Shown here: positions 29,624 to 41,063 of the stretch, one piece after another
Layout: each line of letters starts with the position of its first letter
Position numbering within the stretch: position 1 is the stretch's first letter
From: Hyphomicrobiales bacterium
GTDB taxonomy: Bacteria; Pseudomonadota; Alphaproteobacteria; Rhizobiales; JACESI01
Reading direction: 5' to 3'
NCBI GenBank assembly: GCA_039973685.1
Contig: JBDWKL010000020.1
Coordinates: 40,459-104,458 of the forward strand
DNA: 64,000 nt
The notes under the pieces: generated by a model
The model's input: the letters and a program-made list of their open reading frames with translations, nothing else
Databases searched by the model: none
Told to the model about the DNA's origin: nothing
Program-made: the position numbers and the translations under genes

Positions 29624-30418
29624 TTATTGATCGAGTGAAGCATAAATATAGCGGTAAAAGTCCTGAAATCCGAGGCTTTTATAAAGGGAAATAGCCGCTG
29701 CATTATTAACTTCAACCGCAAGCCAACACCAATCGAGTGACTGTGATGCAGGATCATTAAACAAAGCATGCATGGCAGAACGAGCAAAACCCTGACGTCG
29801 GCATGCCTCATCCGTCACCACATTTTGGATGGTCATAACACCTACATGGATAACCCCCATTGCCGTTGCAACAGGCTTGCCGTCTTTCAGCACCACAACA
29901 TAGCGGGTTTCGTCCAAAATACCGTCCAGCATCGCCGCCAGCAGCGCGCGCTGCCCTTGAAAGCGCGGTGTACAGTTGATGAAGGTATCAATCCATACAT
30001 CCGTGTAACTTGATGATATTTCGATATTCACATCAAAACGGTCGACATCGACAGCCAGAGGCAAATCCCGCTTCAAGGTTAAAGTTGGATTTTGAAACGC
30101 ATAACCACGCTTTTGAAGGGAACTAACCACATGTAACGGCGCCAGTGGGCTAAGGCGAACCCGAGGCGGCAAACCAACACGTCGGTATGTCGCCTCCATC
30201 CAATCAAGGCGACCTTCAACATTTTTATCGTCAGATGGGTCAAGAAAAAACAAGGAGTTAGCACGACCTGAAACACCTTCGGCCATGCCAAGCAACCAAC
30301 GTCCTGAAAGGCAGAGTTTCAAAGCAGGCCACGCAGAGGCGACCATGGATTCAGCATGAAGAATGTCTGACGTCGTGACTTTAGGATCAGCTCCGGTAGT
30401 CGCCATTGATCGCCACAT
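29624..30418 (-). CDS. GNAT-family N-acetyltransferase
   Basis: Acetyl-CoA-binding-like motif [10 protein letters not shown] near the C-terminus. Located between argJ and mutT. The start is uncertain (30418, 30406 or 30346), and the first two overlap the argJ 3' end. Confidence 0.68.
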   Translation of the reverse strand: MWRSMATTGADPKVTTSDILHAESMVASAWPALKLCLSGRWLLGMAEGVSGRANSLFFLDPSDDKNVEGRLDWMEATYRRVGLPPRVRLSPLAPLHVVSSLQKRGYAFQNPTLTLKRDLPLAVDVDRFDVNIEISSSYTDVWIDTFINCTPRFQGQRALLAAMLDGILDETRYVVVLKDGKPVATAMGVIHVGVMTIQNVVTDEACRRQGFARSAMHALFNDPASQSLDWCWLAVEVNNAAAISLYKSLGFQDFYRYIYASLDQ

Positions 30419-31619
30419 ATTGTTTGGTTAGATCGCACGTCCACATGGTGGCTTTGCCGTTGCCAACACCCAAATCCACAACGAGCTGAATGTCGTCATT
30501 TTTCATAATGGCAGAAGCTGCCTCTTCGCTGTAGTCAGGATCACGTTCACCATTGACCGCCACGCGAACATCGCCAAACCAGATGGCGAGCCGATCTCGG
30601 TCGGCTTCTTCACCCGCCTTACCAACAGCCATGACAACGCGCCCCCAATTGGCGTCTTCGCCCGCAATTGCGGTTTTGACTAGAGGTGAGTTGGCAATTG
30701 CTTTTGCAACATTTTTTGCAGCGCGCGCCGATTTTGCGCCAAGCACATTGATCTCGACAAACTTGCTTGCCCCTTCACCATCACGAACGATTTGGTGAGA
30801 AAGGTCCAGCGCGACCGTGTCAATCGCCTTTGCAAGCAGTCGCAACCTCTTGTCTTTGTTGTCACTGATTGGGTCTATTGACGCTTTACCCGTTGCAAAC
30901 AAAAGCACAGTGTCACTGGTGGATGTATCACTATCCACAGTGACCGAGTTAAAGGAATTGTCGGCTGATTTTGCCAAAAGCTTTTGAAGAAGTTCGCTGG
31001 AGATTGGCGCGTCTGTCACAATGAAGGAAAGCATCGTCGCCATATCTGGCGCAATCATGCCTGAACCTTTTGCAATCCCGTTGACCGTGATGGTCTCACC
31101 ATCAATATCAACACTTGCGGTTGAAACCTTTGGAAAGGTATCAGTCGTCATAATGGCTTTTGCAGCCTCAAGCCATGATTTCTCATCCAAATCACGATGA
31201 AGGTCACCCAAAACGCCATCAAAAGCAGACGCATCAAGCGGCTCGCCAATCACACCGGTTGATGCCAAATAAACCTGATTAACCGGGCATTCGACTTGCT
31301 CAGATACAAGCTCAGCCGATAGCCGAACTGCTTCCCAGCCCTTTACACCCGTAAAAGCGTTTGCATTGCCAGCATTGATGAGCACGGCACGCGCTGTGCC
31401 TGCTTGCAAGATTTGCTTACACCAATCAACAGGAGCTGAAGCACATTTTGATGTCGTGAACACACCAGCAACTGCAGCGCCTTCATCAAAATGCATAAGC
31501 AAAACGTCTTTGCGTCCCGCATACTTAATGCCGGCTTCCGCCACAGACAATCCAACACCCTTGAGTGCAGGCAATTCAACAAAACTGGAAGGGGCAAGCG
31601 GTGAAACGTTGTCCATCAA
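30387..31619 (-). CDS. argJ: bifunctional ornithine acetyltransferase / N-acetylglutamate synthase
   Basis: 410-aa ORF with the autoproteolysis site ...[14 protein letters not shown] and ending ...[10 protein letters not shown]. Confidence 0.97.
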   Translation of the reverse strand: MMDNVSPLAPSSFVELPALKGVGLSVAEAGIKYAGRKDVLLMHFDEGAAVAGVFTTSKCASAPVDWCKQILQAGTARAVLINAGNANAFTGVKGWEAVRLSAELVSEQVECPVNQVYLASTGVIGEPLDASAFDGVLGDLHRDLDEKSWLEAAKAIMTTDTFPKVSTASVDIDGETITVNGIAKGSGMIAPDMATMLSFIVTDAPISSELLQKLLAKSADNSFNSVTVDSDTSTSDTVLLFATGKASIDPISDNKDKRLRLLAKAIDTVALDLSHQIVRDGEGASKFVEINVLGAKSARAAKNVAKAIANSPLVKTAIAGEDANWGRVVMAVGKAGEEADRDRLAIWFGDVRVAVNGERDPDYSEEAASAIMKNDDIQLVVDLGVGNGKATMWTCDLTKQYVAINGDYRS

Positions 31620-31661
31620 ACTACCTTTAACCGACTGGATAAAACCAGCAAATAGTGACTG

Positions 31662-32573
31662 TTACTCAGCCTTCTTTTCTTCTTCAGCAGCTGGTTCCTC
31701 AGGAATTTGACCTTCTGCGATTTCCACCTTCGCATCCTCACGAAGTGCCAGCACTTTTGCTCGGAACAAATTGCCAAATACCTGCCCACGCAATTGATCA
31801 ACAATACTATTGTAAGTAGGCGCTTCAGTTTTCGAAATTTCCACGACTTTAATCACATGCCAACCAAATTGCGTTTTCACTGGCTCTTTCGAAATTTCAC
31901 CAGCCTTCAACGCAGCCGCAGCATTGTAAAAAGGTTCAACCATCTGACCTTTACGGAAAAAGCCGAGTTCGCCGCCATTTTCTCCACTTGGGCCAGTGGA
32001 TTTTTCTTTTGCAAGTTCCGCGAAATCTTTGCCAGCACCCAAATCTACGATGAGCTGCTTTGCTTCGTCTTCCGTCTCAACGAGAATATGGCTAGCCCTA
32101 ATTTGATCTTCCGATTCAAAACGAGCAAGACGCTCAACATATTGTTCCTGAAGTAATTCGTCTGTGACCTGTGACTGAACTTTTTCAGTGACATACAAGT
32201 TTCTCAAATTCAAACGTCTCAAATGCGCCATCCGACGTTTGAACAAATTACCATCTTGGATTTTTACTTTTTCCGCTTCATCAGCAAGCAATATCATATC
32301 AATCAGAATATTGATCAAAGCTTGTCTGCGCTCTTTAGGCTCTACGCGTTGCAACTCGTCAGAAAAATCAACGGCAGCTATGGAAAGGTCTTGATTGGTA
32401 TATTCAACACCATTGACGGAGAAGGCTACATCTTCCAGCTTAAATGCTGATTGCTGAGCATAAGCTGCGCCTGACAAACTAAAAACCGTTGCACTTCCAA
32501 CTATCATAGATGACAGAAGCATCTTTCTCATGGATGCGAGAACGAGGGGTTTTACGGCGGATGAACGGATCAT
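31662..32573 (-). CDS. periplasmic parvulin-type peptidyl-prolyl isomerase (SurA/PpiC-like)
   Basis: Signal peptide ...SGAAYA/QQ. Parvulin domain IRASHILV...GGELGFFRKGQMVEPF...FGWHVIKV. I prefer the ATG at 32573, which has a GGAG RBS. Confidence 0.8.
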   Translation of the reverse strand: MIRSSAVKPLVLASMRKMLLSSMIVGSATVFSLSGAAYAQQSAFKLEDVAFSVNGVEYTNQDLSIAAVDFSDELQRVEPKERRQALINILIDMILLADEAEKVKIQDGNLFKRRMAHLRRLNLRNLYVTEKVQSQVTDELLQEQYVERLARFESEDQIRASHILVETEDEAKQLIVDLGAGKDFAELAKEKSTGPSGENGGELGFFRKGQMVEPFYNAAAALKAGEISKEPVKTQFGWHVIKVVEISKTEAPTYNSIVDQLRGQVFGNLFRAKVLALREDAKVEIAEGQIPEEPAAEEEKKAE

Positions 32574-32746
32574 CAAAATCTCCAAATATTAATCAAGAGC
32601 ACCATTTTTAGGGCTCTTGAGCGTTAGGTATTTTCGTTGGCGTGTGGCTCGCACGACAATATGTCAAAAAATCGACTTCATAAATAGCAATCCATAATCG
32701 AGATTAACTCTCGAGGCTAGCCCATTCTTTCATCGATCAATCGACG

Positions 32747-32775
32747 TTGACATAAACACTGCCCACTCTTATCTG
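32747..32775 (+). promoter_or_regulatory. candidate sigma70-type promoter for secA
   Basis: TTGACA (32747..32752), a 17-nt spacer, then TATCTG (32770..32775), about 105 nt upstream of the secA ATG. Pattern match only. Confidence 0.25.
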
Positions 32776-32880
32776 TCTCTCAATAGATCGTCTAGGATGG
32801 TTTATTAACCTAAACGCATCCTTTTCTGGTTTAAGAAGACCAAACAAATTCGTCAATATGTGACTCAATAGGAAAATCCA

Positions 32881-35598
32881 ATGGTATTTGGCGCGATCGC
32901 CCGCAAAGTTTTTGGCACTCCGACAGACAGACGTGTCAAAGGCTACCAGCCTAAAGTTGATGCAATCAATGCGTTAGAACCGGAATTAGAGGCGCTAAGT
33001 GATGAAGAATTGCGCGCTAAAACTGATGAATTCCGTGATCGTTACGAAAATGGGACGTCTGTTGACGATCTTTTGATCGAAGCATTTGCGGTTGCTCGCG
33101 AAGGATCAAAGCGTGCTCTTGGCATGAGACCATTTGATGTTCAGCTTATGGGTGGCATGGTTCTCCATGAAAATGCCATTGCTGAAATGCGTACGGGTGA
33201 AGGTAAAACACTTGTTGCAACCCTGCCCGTTTATCTTAACGCAATCACCGGCAAAGGCGTTCATGTCGTAACTGTGAACGATTACCTTGCCACCCGTGAT
33301 GCGGAATGGATGGGCAAGCTCTATAATTTCCTTGGCCTCAGTGTCGGCATCATCGTGCACGGCCTTGATGATGAAGAACGCCAGCAGGCTTATGGCTGCG
33401 ACATTACCTACGCGACAAACAACGAACTTGGCTTCGATTATTTGCGCGACAACATGAAATACACTGTCGACACCATGTCGCAGCGCGGCCACTACTTTGC
33501 GATTGTGGATGAGGTTGATTCGATCCTCATTGATGAAGCACGAACACCGCTCATTATTTCAGGTCCGCTGGAAGATCGCTCTGACGAATATATTCTGGTC
33601 GATAAATTCATCCCGCAGCTCACAGAAGAGCATTATGAGATTGATGAAAAACAAAAATCTGCCAACTTCACAGAAGAAGGCAATGAGTTTTTGGAAGGCT
33701 TGCTTAGAGAAGAGGGCCTCTTAAAAGGTGATAACCTCTATGATGTAGAGAACGTGACGATGGTTCACCACATCACCAATGCCTTGCGTGCACACAAGCT
33801 TTTCTTAAAAGACAAAGACTATATCGTTCGCAATGATGAAGTTGTGATTATTGATGAATTCACAGGCCGCATGATGCCTGGACGTCGTTTCTCAGAAGGC
33901 CTGCACCAGTCGCTTGAAGCGAAGGAAGGCGCAGAAATTCAACCAGAAAACCAGACGCTCGCCTCTGTAACGTTCCAAAACTATTTCCGCATGTACGACA
34001 AACTCGGCGGCATGACGGGTACAGCTCTTACGGAAGCTTCAGAGTTTGGTGATATTTATGGCTTGGAAGTCGTCGACATTCCGACCAACCTGCCAGTGCA
34101 ACGGCTCGATGAAAGCGATGAAGTTTATCGCACGGTCGAAGAAAAATATAACGCCATCGTTTTAGAAATCGAAGAAGCGCAGAAAAAGCGCCAACCAATT
34201 CTCGTTGGTACCACCTCGATTGAAAAATCTGAGTTAATTGCTGACTTGTTGAAGCAAAAAGGCTTGAAGGATTATAATGTCCTCAACGCCCGCTACCACG
34301 AGCAAGAAGCGCAGATTGTAGCCCAAGCTGGCGTTCCAGGTGCGGTTACCATCGCGACCAACATGGCCGGTCGCGGTACTGATATTAAACTTGGCGGCAA
34401 CCTTGATATGCGCATCGAGATGGAACTCGGCGACATGGAAGAGGGCAAAAAGCGCGACAAGAAAATCGCGGAAATTGAAGCCGAAATTGACGTCCTCAAA
34501 AACGAGGCGCTTGAAGCGGGTGGCCTTTATGTTCTGGCAACAGAACGCCACGAAAGCCGCCGGATTGATAACCAACTGCGCGGCCGTTCGGGTCGTCAGG
34601 GTGATCCAGGGCGCTCAAAATTCTATCTCTCATTGCAAGATGATCTCATGCGCATCTTCGGCTCAGACCGTATGGATGGCATGTTACAACGTCTTGGTCT
34701 TGAAGAAGGTGAAGCTATTATTCACCCATGGATCAATAAGGCGCTTGAGCAAGCTCAAAAGAAAGTTGAAGCTCGAAACTTCGACATTCGTAAGAACCTT
34801 TTGAAATTCGATGATGTGATGAATGACCAACGTAGAGTCATTTTTGAACAACGCATCGAAATGATGGGTGATGATGATTTGGCTGAAACGGTTGCTGAAA
34901 TGCGAACCGATGTGGTTGATGATTTGATCTCCAAACATATTCCTGAAAAGGCCTATGCAGAGCAATGGTCTGTTCCAGAACTTAAAGGTGAAGTCGAAAC
35001 CTATTTGGCACTAGACCTCCCGATTGAAGAATGGGCTGAAGAAGAAGGCATTGCAGACGAAGAAATTCGCGAACGCCTTCAAAATGCAGCAAACGAGCAT
35101 GCCGCATCACGCGCTGTTCATGTTGGCACTGACAACATGCGCCACATCGAAAAAGCCGTAATTTTGCAAACTCTCGACCATCTATGGCGCGAACATTTGG
35201 TAACGCTTGACCATTTGCGTCAGGTTGTTGGCCTTCGTGGCTACGGTCAACGCGATCCTTTGCAAGAATATAAGCAAGAAGCCTTCTCCCTATTTGAAAC
35301 CATGCTAGCAACATTGCGTCAGGCGGTAACGGGCCAATTGATGCGCGTCGAAATAGCAGATGACGCACCAGATCTTGATGACGAATATCCGTCCGATATG
35401 GAATTTGAGCATGGTGATCTTGAGCAAGAGGGGCTGGACGCCGAAGATGGTATGGCCGTTCAAATGGTCAATATGGCTTTCGTAAATCCAGAAGATAGAG
35501 ACCCTGAAGACGAAGAAACTTGGGGCAAAGTAGGCCGCAATGAATTATGCCCATGTGGGTCTGGCAAAAAATACAAACATTGCCACGGCGCGCTTTAA
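32881..35598 (+). CDS. secA: preprotein translocase ATPase SecA
   Basis: 905-aa ORF with [33 protein letters not shown] and the C-terminal zinc motif [14 protein letters not shown]. Confidence 0.99.
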   Translation: MVFGAIARKVFGTPTDRRVKGYQPKVDAINALEPELEALSDEELRAKTDEFRDRYENGTSVDDLLIEAFAVAREGSKRALGMRPFDVQLMGGMVLHENAIAEMRTGEGKTLVATLPVYLNAITGKGVHVVTVNDYLATRDAEWMGKLYNFLGLSVGIIVHGLDDEERQQAYGCDITYATNNELGFDYLRDNMKYTVDTMSQRGHYFAIVDEVDSILIDEARTPLIISGPLEDRSDEYILVDKFIPQLTEEHYEIDEKQKSANFTEEGNEFLEGLLREEGLLKGDNLYDVENVTMVHHITNALRAHKLFLKDKDYIVRNDEVVIIDEFTGRMMPGRRFSEGLHQSLEAKEGAEIQPENQTLASVTFQNYFRMYDKLGGMTGTALTEASEFGDIYGLEVVDIPTNLPVQRLDESDEVYRTVEEKYNAIVLEIEEAQKKRQPILVGTTSIEKSELIADLLKQKGLKDYNVLNARYHEQEAQIVAQAGVPGAVTIATNMAGRGTDIKLGGNLDMRIEMELGDMEEGKKRDKKIAEIEAEIDVLKNEALEAGGLYVLATERHESRRIDNQLRGRSGRQGDPGRSKFYLSLQDDLMRIFGSDRMDGMLQRLGLEEGEAIIHPWINKALEQAQKKVEARNFDIRKNLLKFDDVMNDQRRVIFEQRIEMMGDDDLAETVAEMRTDVVDDLISKHIPEKAYAEQWSVPELKGEVETYLALDLPIEEWAEEEGIADEEIRERLQNAANEHAASRAVHVGTDNMRHIEKAVILQTLDHLWREHLVTLDHLRQVVGLRGYGQRDPLQEYKQEAFSLFETMLATLRQAVTGQLMRVEIADDAPDLDDEYPSDMEFEHGDLEQEGLDAEDGMAVQMVNMAFVNPEDRDPEDEETWGKVGRNELCPCGSGKKYKHCHGAL

Positions 35599-35675
35599 AT
35601 CGTCTTCATAGTGGGCATTAAGAATGCACTTTAATGGTGCATTGCTTAGCCATCGATCACATGACAGCAAACAAA

Positions 35676-35700
35676 ATGCCCGCATTTGCGGGCATTTTTT
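35676..35700 (+). terminator. Rho-independent terminator of secA
   Basis: ATGCCCGC/GCGGGCAT 8-bp stem with a 4-nt loop, followed by T6. Confidence 0.85.
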
Positions 35701-35895
35701 ATATTAAAAAACACCCAGAAGTTGCATATACGTACGCACGTTAACTGGTTTCAGCGATATTTCCCCCCAAAATTACGATTTCGATTGAACGTTGTTCAAA
35801 CGCGATTTATCAATTTGCATGGCCTTATGTGCATTCTATCTAAGGCTAATTCTCGGGCATTTGAATTTTATATTAAATTACAAATTGGGGATATT

Positions 35896-37125
35896 ATGCT
35901 GATAAAAAACCTTACGATGGCATTAGGCCTTTCAACCTTAGTTGCTGCGCCTACTTTTGCCGCAAATATATCGAAGGTAGCGACACACGTTATCATCGAT
36001 AGAAATAGCCAAACATTAAAAGTTTACAATGGGACTGAAGTGATTGCGAAATCGCGCGTCTCAACCGGTAAAAGTGGTTACACCACACCAACTGGTGTTT
36101 TTTCAATTTTACAAAAACGCCGCAAGCATTTCTCAAATATTTATGACAATGCGCCGATGCCGAACATGCAGCGTTTAACATGGACAGGCATTGCACTTCA
36201 CGGCTCAACCAGCGTTCCAAGACGTCCAGCCTCCCATGGCTGTATCCGTCTACCACGCGGTTTTGATGCTAAGCTCTTTAAAATGACTCAATACGGCGCC
36301 CATGTCATTGTATCGCGTGGTGCGGTTGCGCCGACCACCGTTCAACATGACGCTTTATTCCGGCCAAAAATCGAGATCCTCGATAAATTGGCATCCAATG
36401 AAGCCAGCTCAACCAATGATGCAGAACGCCCAAGTGCTGTTCTTTCTCGTCTTACTGTCATCAAAGGCAAAAAAGTTGAGAAGTCCAATGGCAAAAGTAA
36501 TTCACCACTTCGCATCTTGATCACACGTGGTGGCGCAGAAAACAATGAAACACTGCAAGTTCAACAAATGCTCAATGAGCTTGGTTGGAACGCCGGTGAC
36601 GAAGACGGTTTTTTTGGCGGCTCCACGAAAGCAGCAATCAAACGTTTTCAAACGCTAATCGGCGACGAGACAACAGGTCGCGTTACTCTAGAGCTTGTGA
36701 AAAAGCTTCGTCGCTTCACGGGCAAAGGCGAAATCCCAACGGGCCGCATCTATGTACGCCAAGATTTCAAACCTGTTTTTGACGCGCCAATCGAGATCAA
36801 AGATAGCCACCTTGAACTGGGTGCTCATCTGCTTTCGTTGACCAGCCTCAACAAAGATAATGGGACCGCCAATTGGGTTTCAATGAGCCTTCGTGATCGC
36901 CTGTCAAAATCGCAGCGTCGCAAGTTCAATGTAACCGAGACCGATGTAGCCGCTCAAAAAGACATCAACGAAGTATTGTCTCGTTTTAAAATTCCGCAAG
37001 AAGTGCGAGATCGCATTGAAGGCCTGCTTACGAAGGGCACGTCAATTTCAATTTCTGACAAAGGGTTCAGTGATCTGACAAGCCGCGAAGGTGGTACAGA
37101 TTTCATCCTTAGAACCAGCGGTTGA
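35896..37125 (+). CDS. L,D-transpeptidase (YkuD domain) with peptidoglycan-binding domain
   Basis: Signal peptide MLIKNLTMALGLSTLVAAPTFA. Catalytic motif ALHGSTSVPRRPASHGCIRL. PG_binding_1-like LQVQQMLNELGWNAGDEDGFFGGSTKAAIKRFQ. The track start at 35686 overlaps the secA terminator. Confidence 0.85.
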   Translation: MLIKNLTMALGLSTLVAAPTFAANISKVATHVIIDRNSQTLKVYNGTEVIAKSRVSTGKSGYTTPTGVFSILQKRRKHFSNIYDNAPMPNMQRLTWTGIALHGSTSVPRRPASHGCIRLPRGFDAKLFKMTQYGAHVIVSRGAVAPTTVQHDALFRPKIEILDKLASNEASSTNDAERPSAVLSRLTVIKGKKVEKSNGKSNSPLRILITRGGAENNETLQVQQMLNELGWNAGDEDGFFGGSTKAAIKRFQTLIGDETTGRVTLELVKKLRRFTGKGEIPTGRIYVRQDFKPVFDAPIEIKDSHLELGAHLLSLTSLNKDNGTANWVSMSLRDRLSKSQRRKFNVTETDVAAQKDINEVLSRFKIPQEVRDRIEGLLTKGTSISISDKGFSDLTSREGGTDFILRTSG

Positions 37126-37149
37126 TATTAAACACCATAAGTTTTCATG

Positions 37150-37178
37150 AACGCGCCTTTGTGGCGCGTTTATTTTTT
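37150..37178 (+). terminator. Rho-independent terminator after the L,D-transpeptidase gene
   Basis: AACGCGCC/GGCGCGTT 8-bp stem with a 5-nt loop, then TATTTTTT. It overlaps the stop codon of the convergent 37170..38168 gene. Confidence 0.8.
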
Positions 37179-38168
37179 AAAGGCAGGTATTAAATCATCG
37201 GGCATTGACGTCGCATGATAAACACCCCGCGCAATAGCTCGGGTCAAACAATGCGCTGCGGCATGACCAATTTCGAGCAAATCATAGGTTGGGTTTTCCA
37301 TCGACTTTTTCGCAGTAGAAACAGAGAAAATCAAATCGCCATCAACGGGGCTATGGGCAGGTACGATAGCACGAGCAATCCCATCGTGAGCGGCGACTGC
37401 CAATCTCTTTGCTTGCGCCTTGGTAAGGTCAGCGTCTGTCGCAACAATTGCGATTGTCGTGTTACCTCTCGGATTAAAGGCATCGACCTTTAAGCTTTCA
37501 GGGCGACGTACAAGGCCTGCACGCGGGTCAACACCAAGCCCACCAAATTCCTTGTCCATCTCAAAGGGGGCAGCCCAAAAGTGCTCACCATCAGGTGTGG
37601 TAACAGACCCAAATGGATTAACGACGACCAGAGCACCAACGGTGATACCATTTTCCAAAACCAAAGAGGCCGAACCAAGCCCACCCTTTTGCATGGCAGC
37701 CATTGCGCCCGTGCCAGCCCCTACAGTCCCAAGTTCAAAATCGCAGCTCGCATTTTCAAGGGCCGCACGACCAAGTAGCGGATAGGGGTTTTCATCCCAT
37801 TCTTTATTGCCACCATTTAAGAGATCAAAATGAATAGCGGCAGGAACGATGGGCACGTTTTTATCACCCACAGCATAACCACGCCCCATTTTAGAAAGTC
37901 GATCAACAACGCCGCCTGCCGCATCAAGCCCAAAGGCAGAGCCACCTGACAAGACTATAGCGTCCACCTGCTCTACAAGTTTATCAGCGGCCAAAAGGTC
38001 CGTCTCCCGCGTACCCGGCGCACCGCCCATCACCTCAACAGAGGCGATAAACGGTTCATCACCAAACAGCACTGTTGTCCCCGATTTCAAAACATCGTCA
38101 GACGCATTACCAACAAGCAGACCTTCAACGTCAGTAATCAGGTTTTTCTGGCCAACTTTCATCAGCAA
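37170..38168 (-). CDS. P1 (S58, DmpA/BapA-like) family aminopeptidase
   Basis: 332-aa ORF ...NLITDVEGLLVGNA...SGTTVL...GGAPGTRETDLL...LSGGSAFGLDAAGG...GTGA, typical of the DmpA/ornithine acetyltransferase fold. Confidence 0.78.
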   Translation of the reverse strand: MLMKVGQKNLITDVEGLLVGNASDDVLKSGTTVLFGDEPFIASVEVMGGAPGTRETDLLAADKLVEQVDAIVLSGGSAFGLDAAGGVVDRLSKMGRGYAVGDKNVPIVPAAIHFDLLNGGNKEWDENPYPLLGRAALENASCDFELGTVGAGTGAMAAMQKGGLGSASLVLENGITVGALVVVNPFGSVTTPDGEHFWAAPFEMDKEFGGLGVDPRAGLVRRPESLKVDAFNPRGNTTIAIVATDADLTKAQAKRLAVAAHDGIARAIVPAHSPVDGDLIFSVSTAKKSMENPTYDLLEIGHAAAHCLTRAIARGVYHATSMPDDLIPAFKK

Positions 38169-38179
38169 ATCCCTATCTC

Positions 38180-39232
38180 TCAGTTCTCAAGCATGGGCCA
38201 TGTGTCAGAAAGACGATAACCAGCTGGATAAGGATCTTCCAAATTACGAACCAATTGCCGCGTTCCCGTAATCCATGCACGACCTTGCACTGTGGGAACA
38301 ATGGCAGGCTTATCGCCGATCAATGTTTCCTGCTCGATCTTACATTGAAATGTAGACCCAATAATCGACACGCCAACAAAAGGCTCTCCCACATCCAGCA
38401 TGCCACGCGCGCGCAAAATCGCCATGCGAGCCGAGCAGCCTGTTCCTGTCGGACTTCTATCAATTTTTCCCGGTTGAATAACCACGGCATTGCGGCCGTG
38501 TTTCACGCCATCGATCACCTGCAAGGGAGCGGCGAATTGGCAAAAGGAAATATGATCCCATTGTTTGTTCCCAGGATGGGTAAAGCCAAGCTGCTCATTG
38601 GCAGCCTTCGTAATTGCAACACCAAGTTCGGCCAAGTCACGTGCTTCATCTGGCGCAATTACAAATCCGAGCGCTTTGGCATCAACCACGACAAAACTAT
38701 CGCCACCATAAGCAATATCGACGGCTAAGGTGCCATGCCCTTCCACTTCCAGCGGCGCATCAAGGCGGTCCACAAAAGATGGGACGTTTTGAAGCGTGCA
38801 GTGCTCCACCTTACCATTTTTGCACGCCGCCCGCACCTCAACGACACCAGCAGGGGCTTCAAGGTGCAATATGGTCTCCGGCTCACTCATTGGCAAAATA
38901 CCGGCTTCGAGCAGAACAGTTGCAACACAAATCGAATTTGATCCAGACATCGGCGGCGTGTCTTCTGGCTCCATAATAATGAAACCCATATCGGCGTTTT
39001 TAGAGACGGGAGGGACCAGCAAATTGACGTGGCGAAAAACCCCGCCGCGCGGCTCATTTAAGACAAACGACCGCAGCATATTATCATCAGCAATAAACCG
39101 AGACTGTTCCCAAACACTCGCCCCCGCCGGTGGTGCCACACCACCGATGATAACATCGCCCACCTCGCCTTCTGCATGGCATTCAACAATATGGATTGCC
39201 GCTTCAAGATCGATCAAAGTACATCGCCTCAC
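38180..39232 (-). CDS. proline racemase superfamily protein with non-canonical Ser/Thr active-site pair
   Basis: [18 protein letters not shown], and motif [17 protein letters not shown] (Thr262 where racemases and epimerases have Cys). The first catalytic position reads MSGSNS (Ser96) instead of MCGH. Confidence 0.8.
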   Translation of the reverse strand: MRRCTLIDLEAAIHIVECHAEGEVGDVIIGGVAPPAGASVWEQSRFIADDNMLRSFVLNEPRGGVFRHVNLLVPPVSKNADMGFIIMEPEDTPPMSGSNSICVATVLLEAGILPMSEPETILHLEAPAGVVEVRAACKNGKVEHCTLQNVPSFVDRLDAPLEVEGHGTLAVDIAYGGDSFVVVDAKALGFVIAPDEARDLAELGVAITKAANEQLGFTHPGNKQWDHISFCQFAAPLQVIDGVKHGRNAVVIQPGKIDRSPTGTGCSARMAILRARGMLDVGEPFVGVSIIGSTFQCKIEQETLIGDKPAIVPTVQGRAWITGTRQLVRNLEDPYPAGYRLSDTWPMLEN

Positions 39233-39294
39233 TTTACAAAGTGCACTGGGTCAAAGATGATGCCTCGCACATTGGGCATCAGGACCACCTTTAC

Positions 39295-39993
39295 ATGTTT
39301 ATACCGCTTTATGACGGCAATCCGCTACGCAATATATCGCGATCATGGGTGAACTGGGCATTTATTGCCATCAACATCGTCGTTTTTGTTCTGGTCCAGA
39401 AACCATTGGGCATCAATCACGTCGCGTTTTCACTGGGATTAATCCCGACTGTTGTGAATGATTTTAAAGAACTACCTCCCAGTGCGGTTTGGGTGCCCGA
39501 AGAAGCGACTTATCTTACCTATGCCTTCTTGCACGGTGACTGGATACATCTGATCGGTAATATGCTGTTTTTATGGGTCTTCGGTGACAATGTGGAAGAC
39601 GCCATGGGTCATGTGCGTTATTTCTGTTTTTATCTGCTTTGCGCCACTGCTGCAGGCCTTTTGCACAGTCTTTTGTTTTTAGATCACGAAGCGCCACTCG
39701 TCGGGGCATCAGGCGCGGTTGCAGGTGTTGTCGCTGCCTATCTAATATTACACCCCCGCGTAAAGGTTTGGGTGTTGCTCTTTGCCCGCATCCCTTTACC
39801 TATCAGCGCTATGTGGTGCCTTGGATTATGGGTTGTGTACCAATTCGCCATGTTCATTTACGATCAAACCTCAGCGACTGAAAGCTCGGTATCATGGAGC
39901 GCTCATTTAGGTGGCATCATAGCAGGCTCTATTTTGATCCTATTTTTACGATTTCGGCATGTGCCATTATTCGACAAATCGACAACAGGGTAG
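39295..39993 (+). CDS. rhomboid family intramembrane serine protease
   Basis: GASGAVAGV (catalytic Ser) and AHLGG (His) motifs, multiple TM segments. I start at MFIPLYDGNPL (ATG 39295). Confidence 0.85.
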   Translation: MFIPLYDGNPLRNISRSWVNWAFIAINIVVFVLVQKPLGINHVAFSLGLIPTVVNDFKELPPSAVWVPEEATYLTYAFLHGDWIHLIGNMLFLWVFGDNVEDAMGHVRYFCFYLLCATAAGLLHSLLFLDHEAPLVGASGAVAGVVAAYLILHPRVKVWVLLFARIPLPISAMWCLGLWVVYQFAMFIYDQTSATESSVSWSAHLGGIIAGSILILFLRFRHVPLFDKSTTG

Positions 39994-40119
39994 CCCTGCT
40001 TATGGGTATTCTAGCAAACCCAAAACGCAAATTTGTGAAATTTACTTGTATTGACGTTTACGTAAGCGTTCACTATTTACATAGATACTAGGATTGAGCT
40101 CTGCCAAAGCCATTGGAAG

Positions 40120-40148
40120 TTGACAGTAAATTCTACTCACCCTAGTTT
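40120..40148 (+). promoter_or_regulatory. candidate sigma70-type promoter for etfBA
   Basis: TTGACA (40120..40125), a 17-nt spacer, then TAGTTT (40143..40148), about 145 nt upstream of etfB. Pattern match only. Confidence 0.25.
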
Positions 40149-40293
40149 TGCGCAACTTTTTTGGTGCATGAAAGTATGCGTGAAAGTGTAAGAATTTGTC
40201 GTATCAGCGATAAACACATTATGCTTCAAAATGATATGAAGAAGAACAATAGGTTCGCTTAGCGAGTAAGACAGACCGTCTGGAAGGAAACAA

Positions 40294-41043
40294 ATGAAAA
40301 TTCTAGTCCCCGTAAAGAGGGTTGTTGACTACAACGTCAAAATCCGTGTGAAAGCCGACGGCTCTGGCGTCGAGCTCGCCAACGTTAAAATGTCCATGAA
40401 CCCGTTCGACGAAATTTCCGTCGAAGAAGCGCTGCGCCTTAAAGAAGCAGGCAAAGCGGATGAAGTTGTGGTTGTTTCAATCGGCCCACAACAGGCACAA
40501 GAAACATGCCGCACAGCGCTTGCTATGGGTGCTGATCGCGCAATCCTTGTTAAAACTGATGATCTAGTGGAGCCACTGGCTGTTGCTAAAATCCTCAAAG
40601 GCGTTGTCGACGAAGAAAATCCAGGTCTTGTCATCGTTGGCAAGCAAGCGATTGATGACGACAGCAACCAGACAGGTCAGATGCTTTCAGCGCTTCTTGG
40701 CTGGTCGCAAGCAACTTTTGCATCAAAACTTGAAATCGACGGCGACAAAGCTGTTGTTACACGCGAGATCGATGGCGGTTTGCAGACAATCAACGTGTCT
40801 ATGCCAACCATCTTGACCACTGATCTGCGTCTCAACGAACCACGCTATGCGTCGCTACCAAACATCATGAAGGCGAAGAAAAAGCCTTTGGATGAAAAAG
40901 CACCATCAGATTATGGCGTTGATACAGCACCGCGTCTTAAAGTTCTTGAGACAACAGAGCCGCCAACCCGTCAGGCTGGTGTGATTGTTGGTTCAGTTGC
41001 AGAACTGGTCGACAAATTGAAAAACGAAGCAAGCGTAATTTAG
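40294..41043 (+). CDS. etfB: electron transfer flavoprotein beta subunit
   Basis: [20 protein letters not shown]...[16 protein letters not shown]..., a canonical EtfB. Confidence 0.95.
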   Translation: MKILVPVKRVVDYNVKIRVKADGSGVELANVKMSMNPFDEISVEEALRLKEAGKADEVVVVSIGPQQAQETCRTALAMGADRAILVKTDDLVEPLAVAKILKGVVDEENPGLVIVGKQAIDDDSNQTGQMLSALLGWSQATFASKLEIDGDKAVVTREIDGGLQTINVSMPTILTTDLRLNEPRYASLPNIMKAKKKPLDEKAPSDYGVDTAPRLKVLETTEPPTRQAGVIVGSVAELVDKLKNEASVI

Positions 41044-41063
41044 GCATTGAGAGGAATAAGAAC

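Noticed and set aside
29614-29811. A 66-codon N-terminal extension of the MutT ORF.
   Set aside because: It overlaps the 3' end of the GNAT gene in another frame, and Nudix homology starts at MKLTLVVACALV (29613).
35686-35895. A 70-codon N-terminal extension of the L,D-transpeptidase ORF as given in the track.
   Set aside because: The extension begins inside the secA terminator hairpin and T-run and crosses an AT-rich promoter-like region. A proper signal peptide begins at the ATG at 35896, which has a GGGGA RBS.
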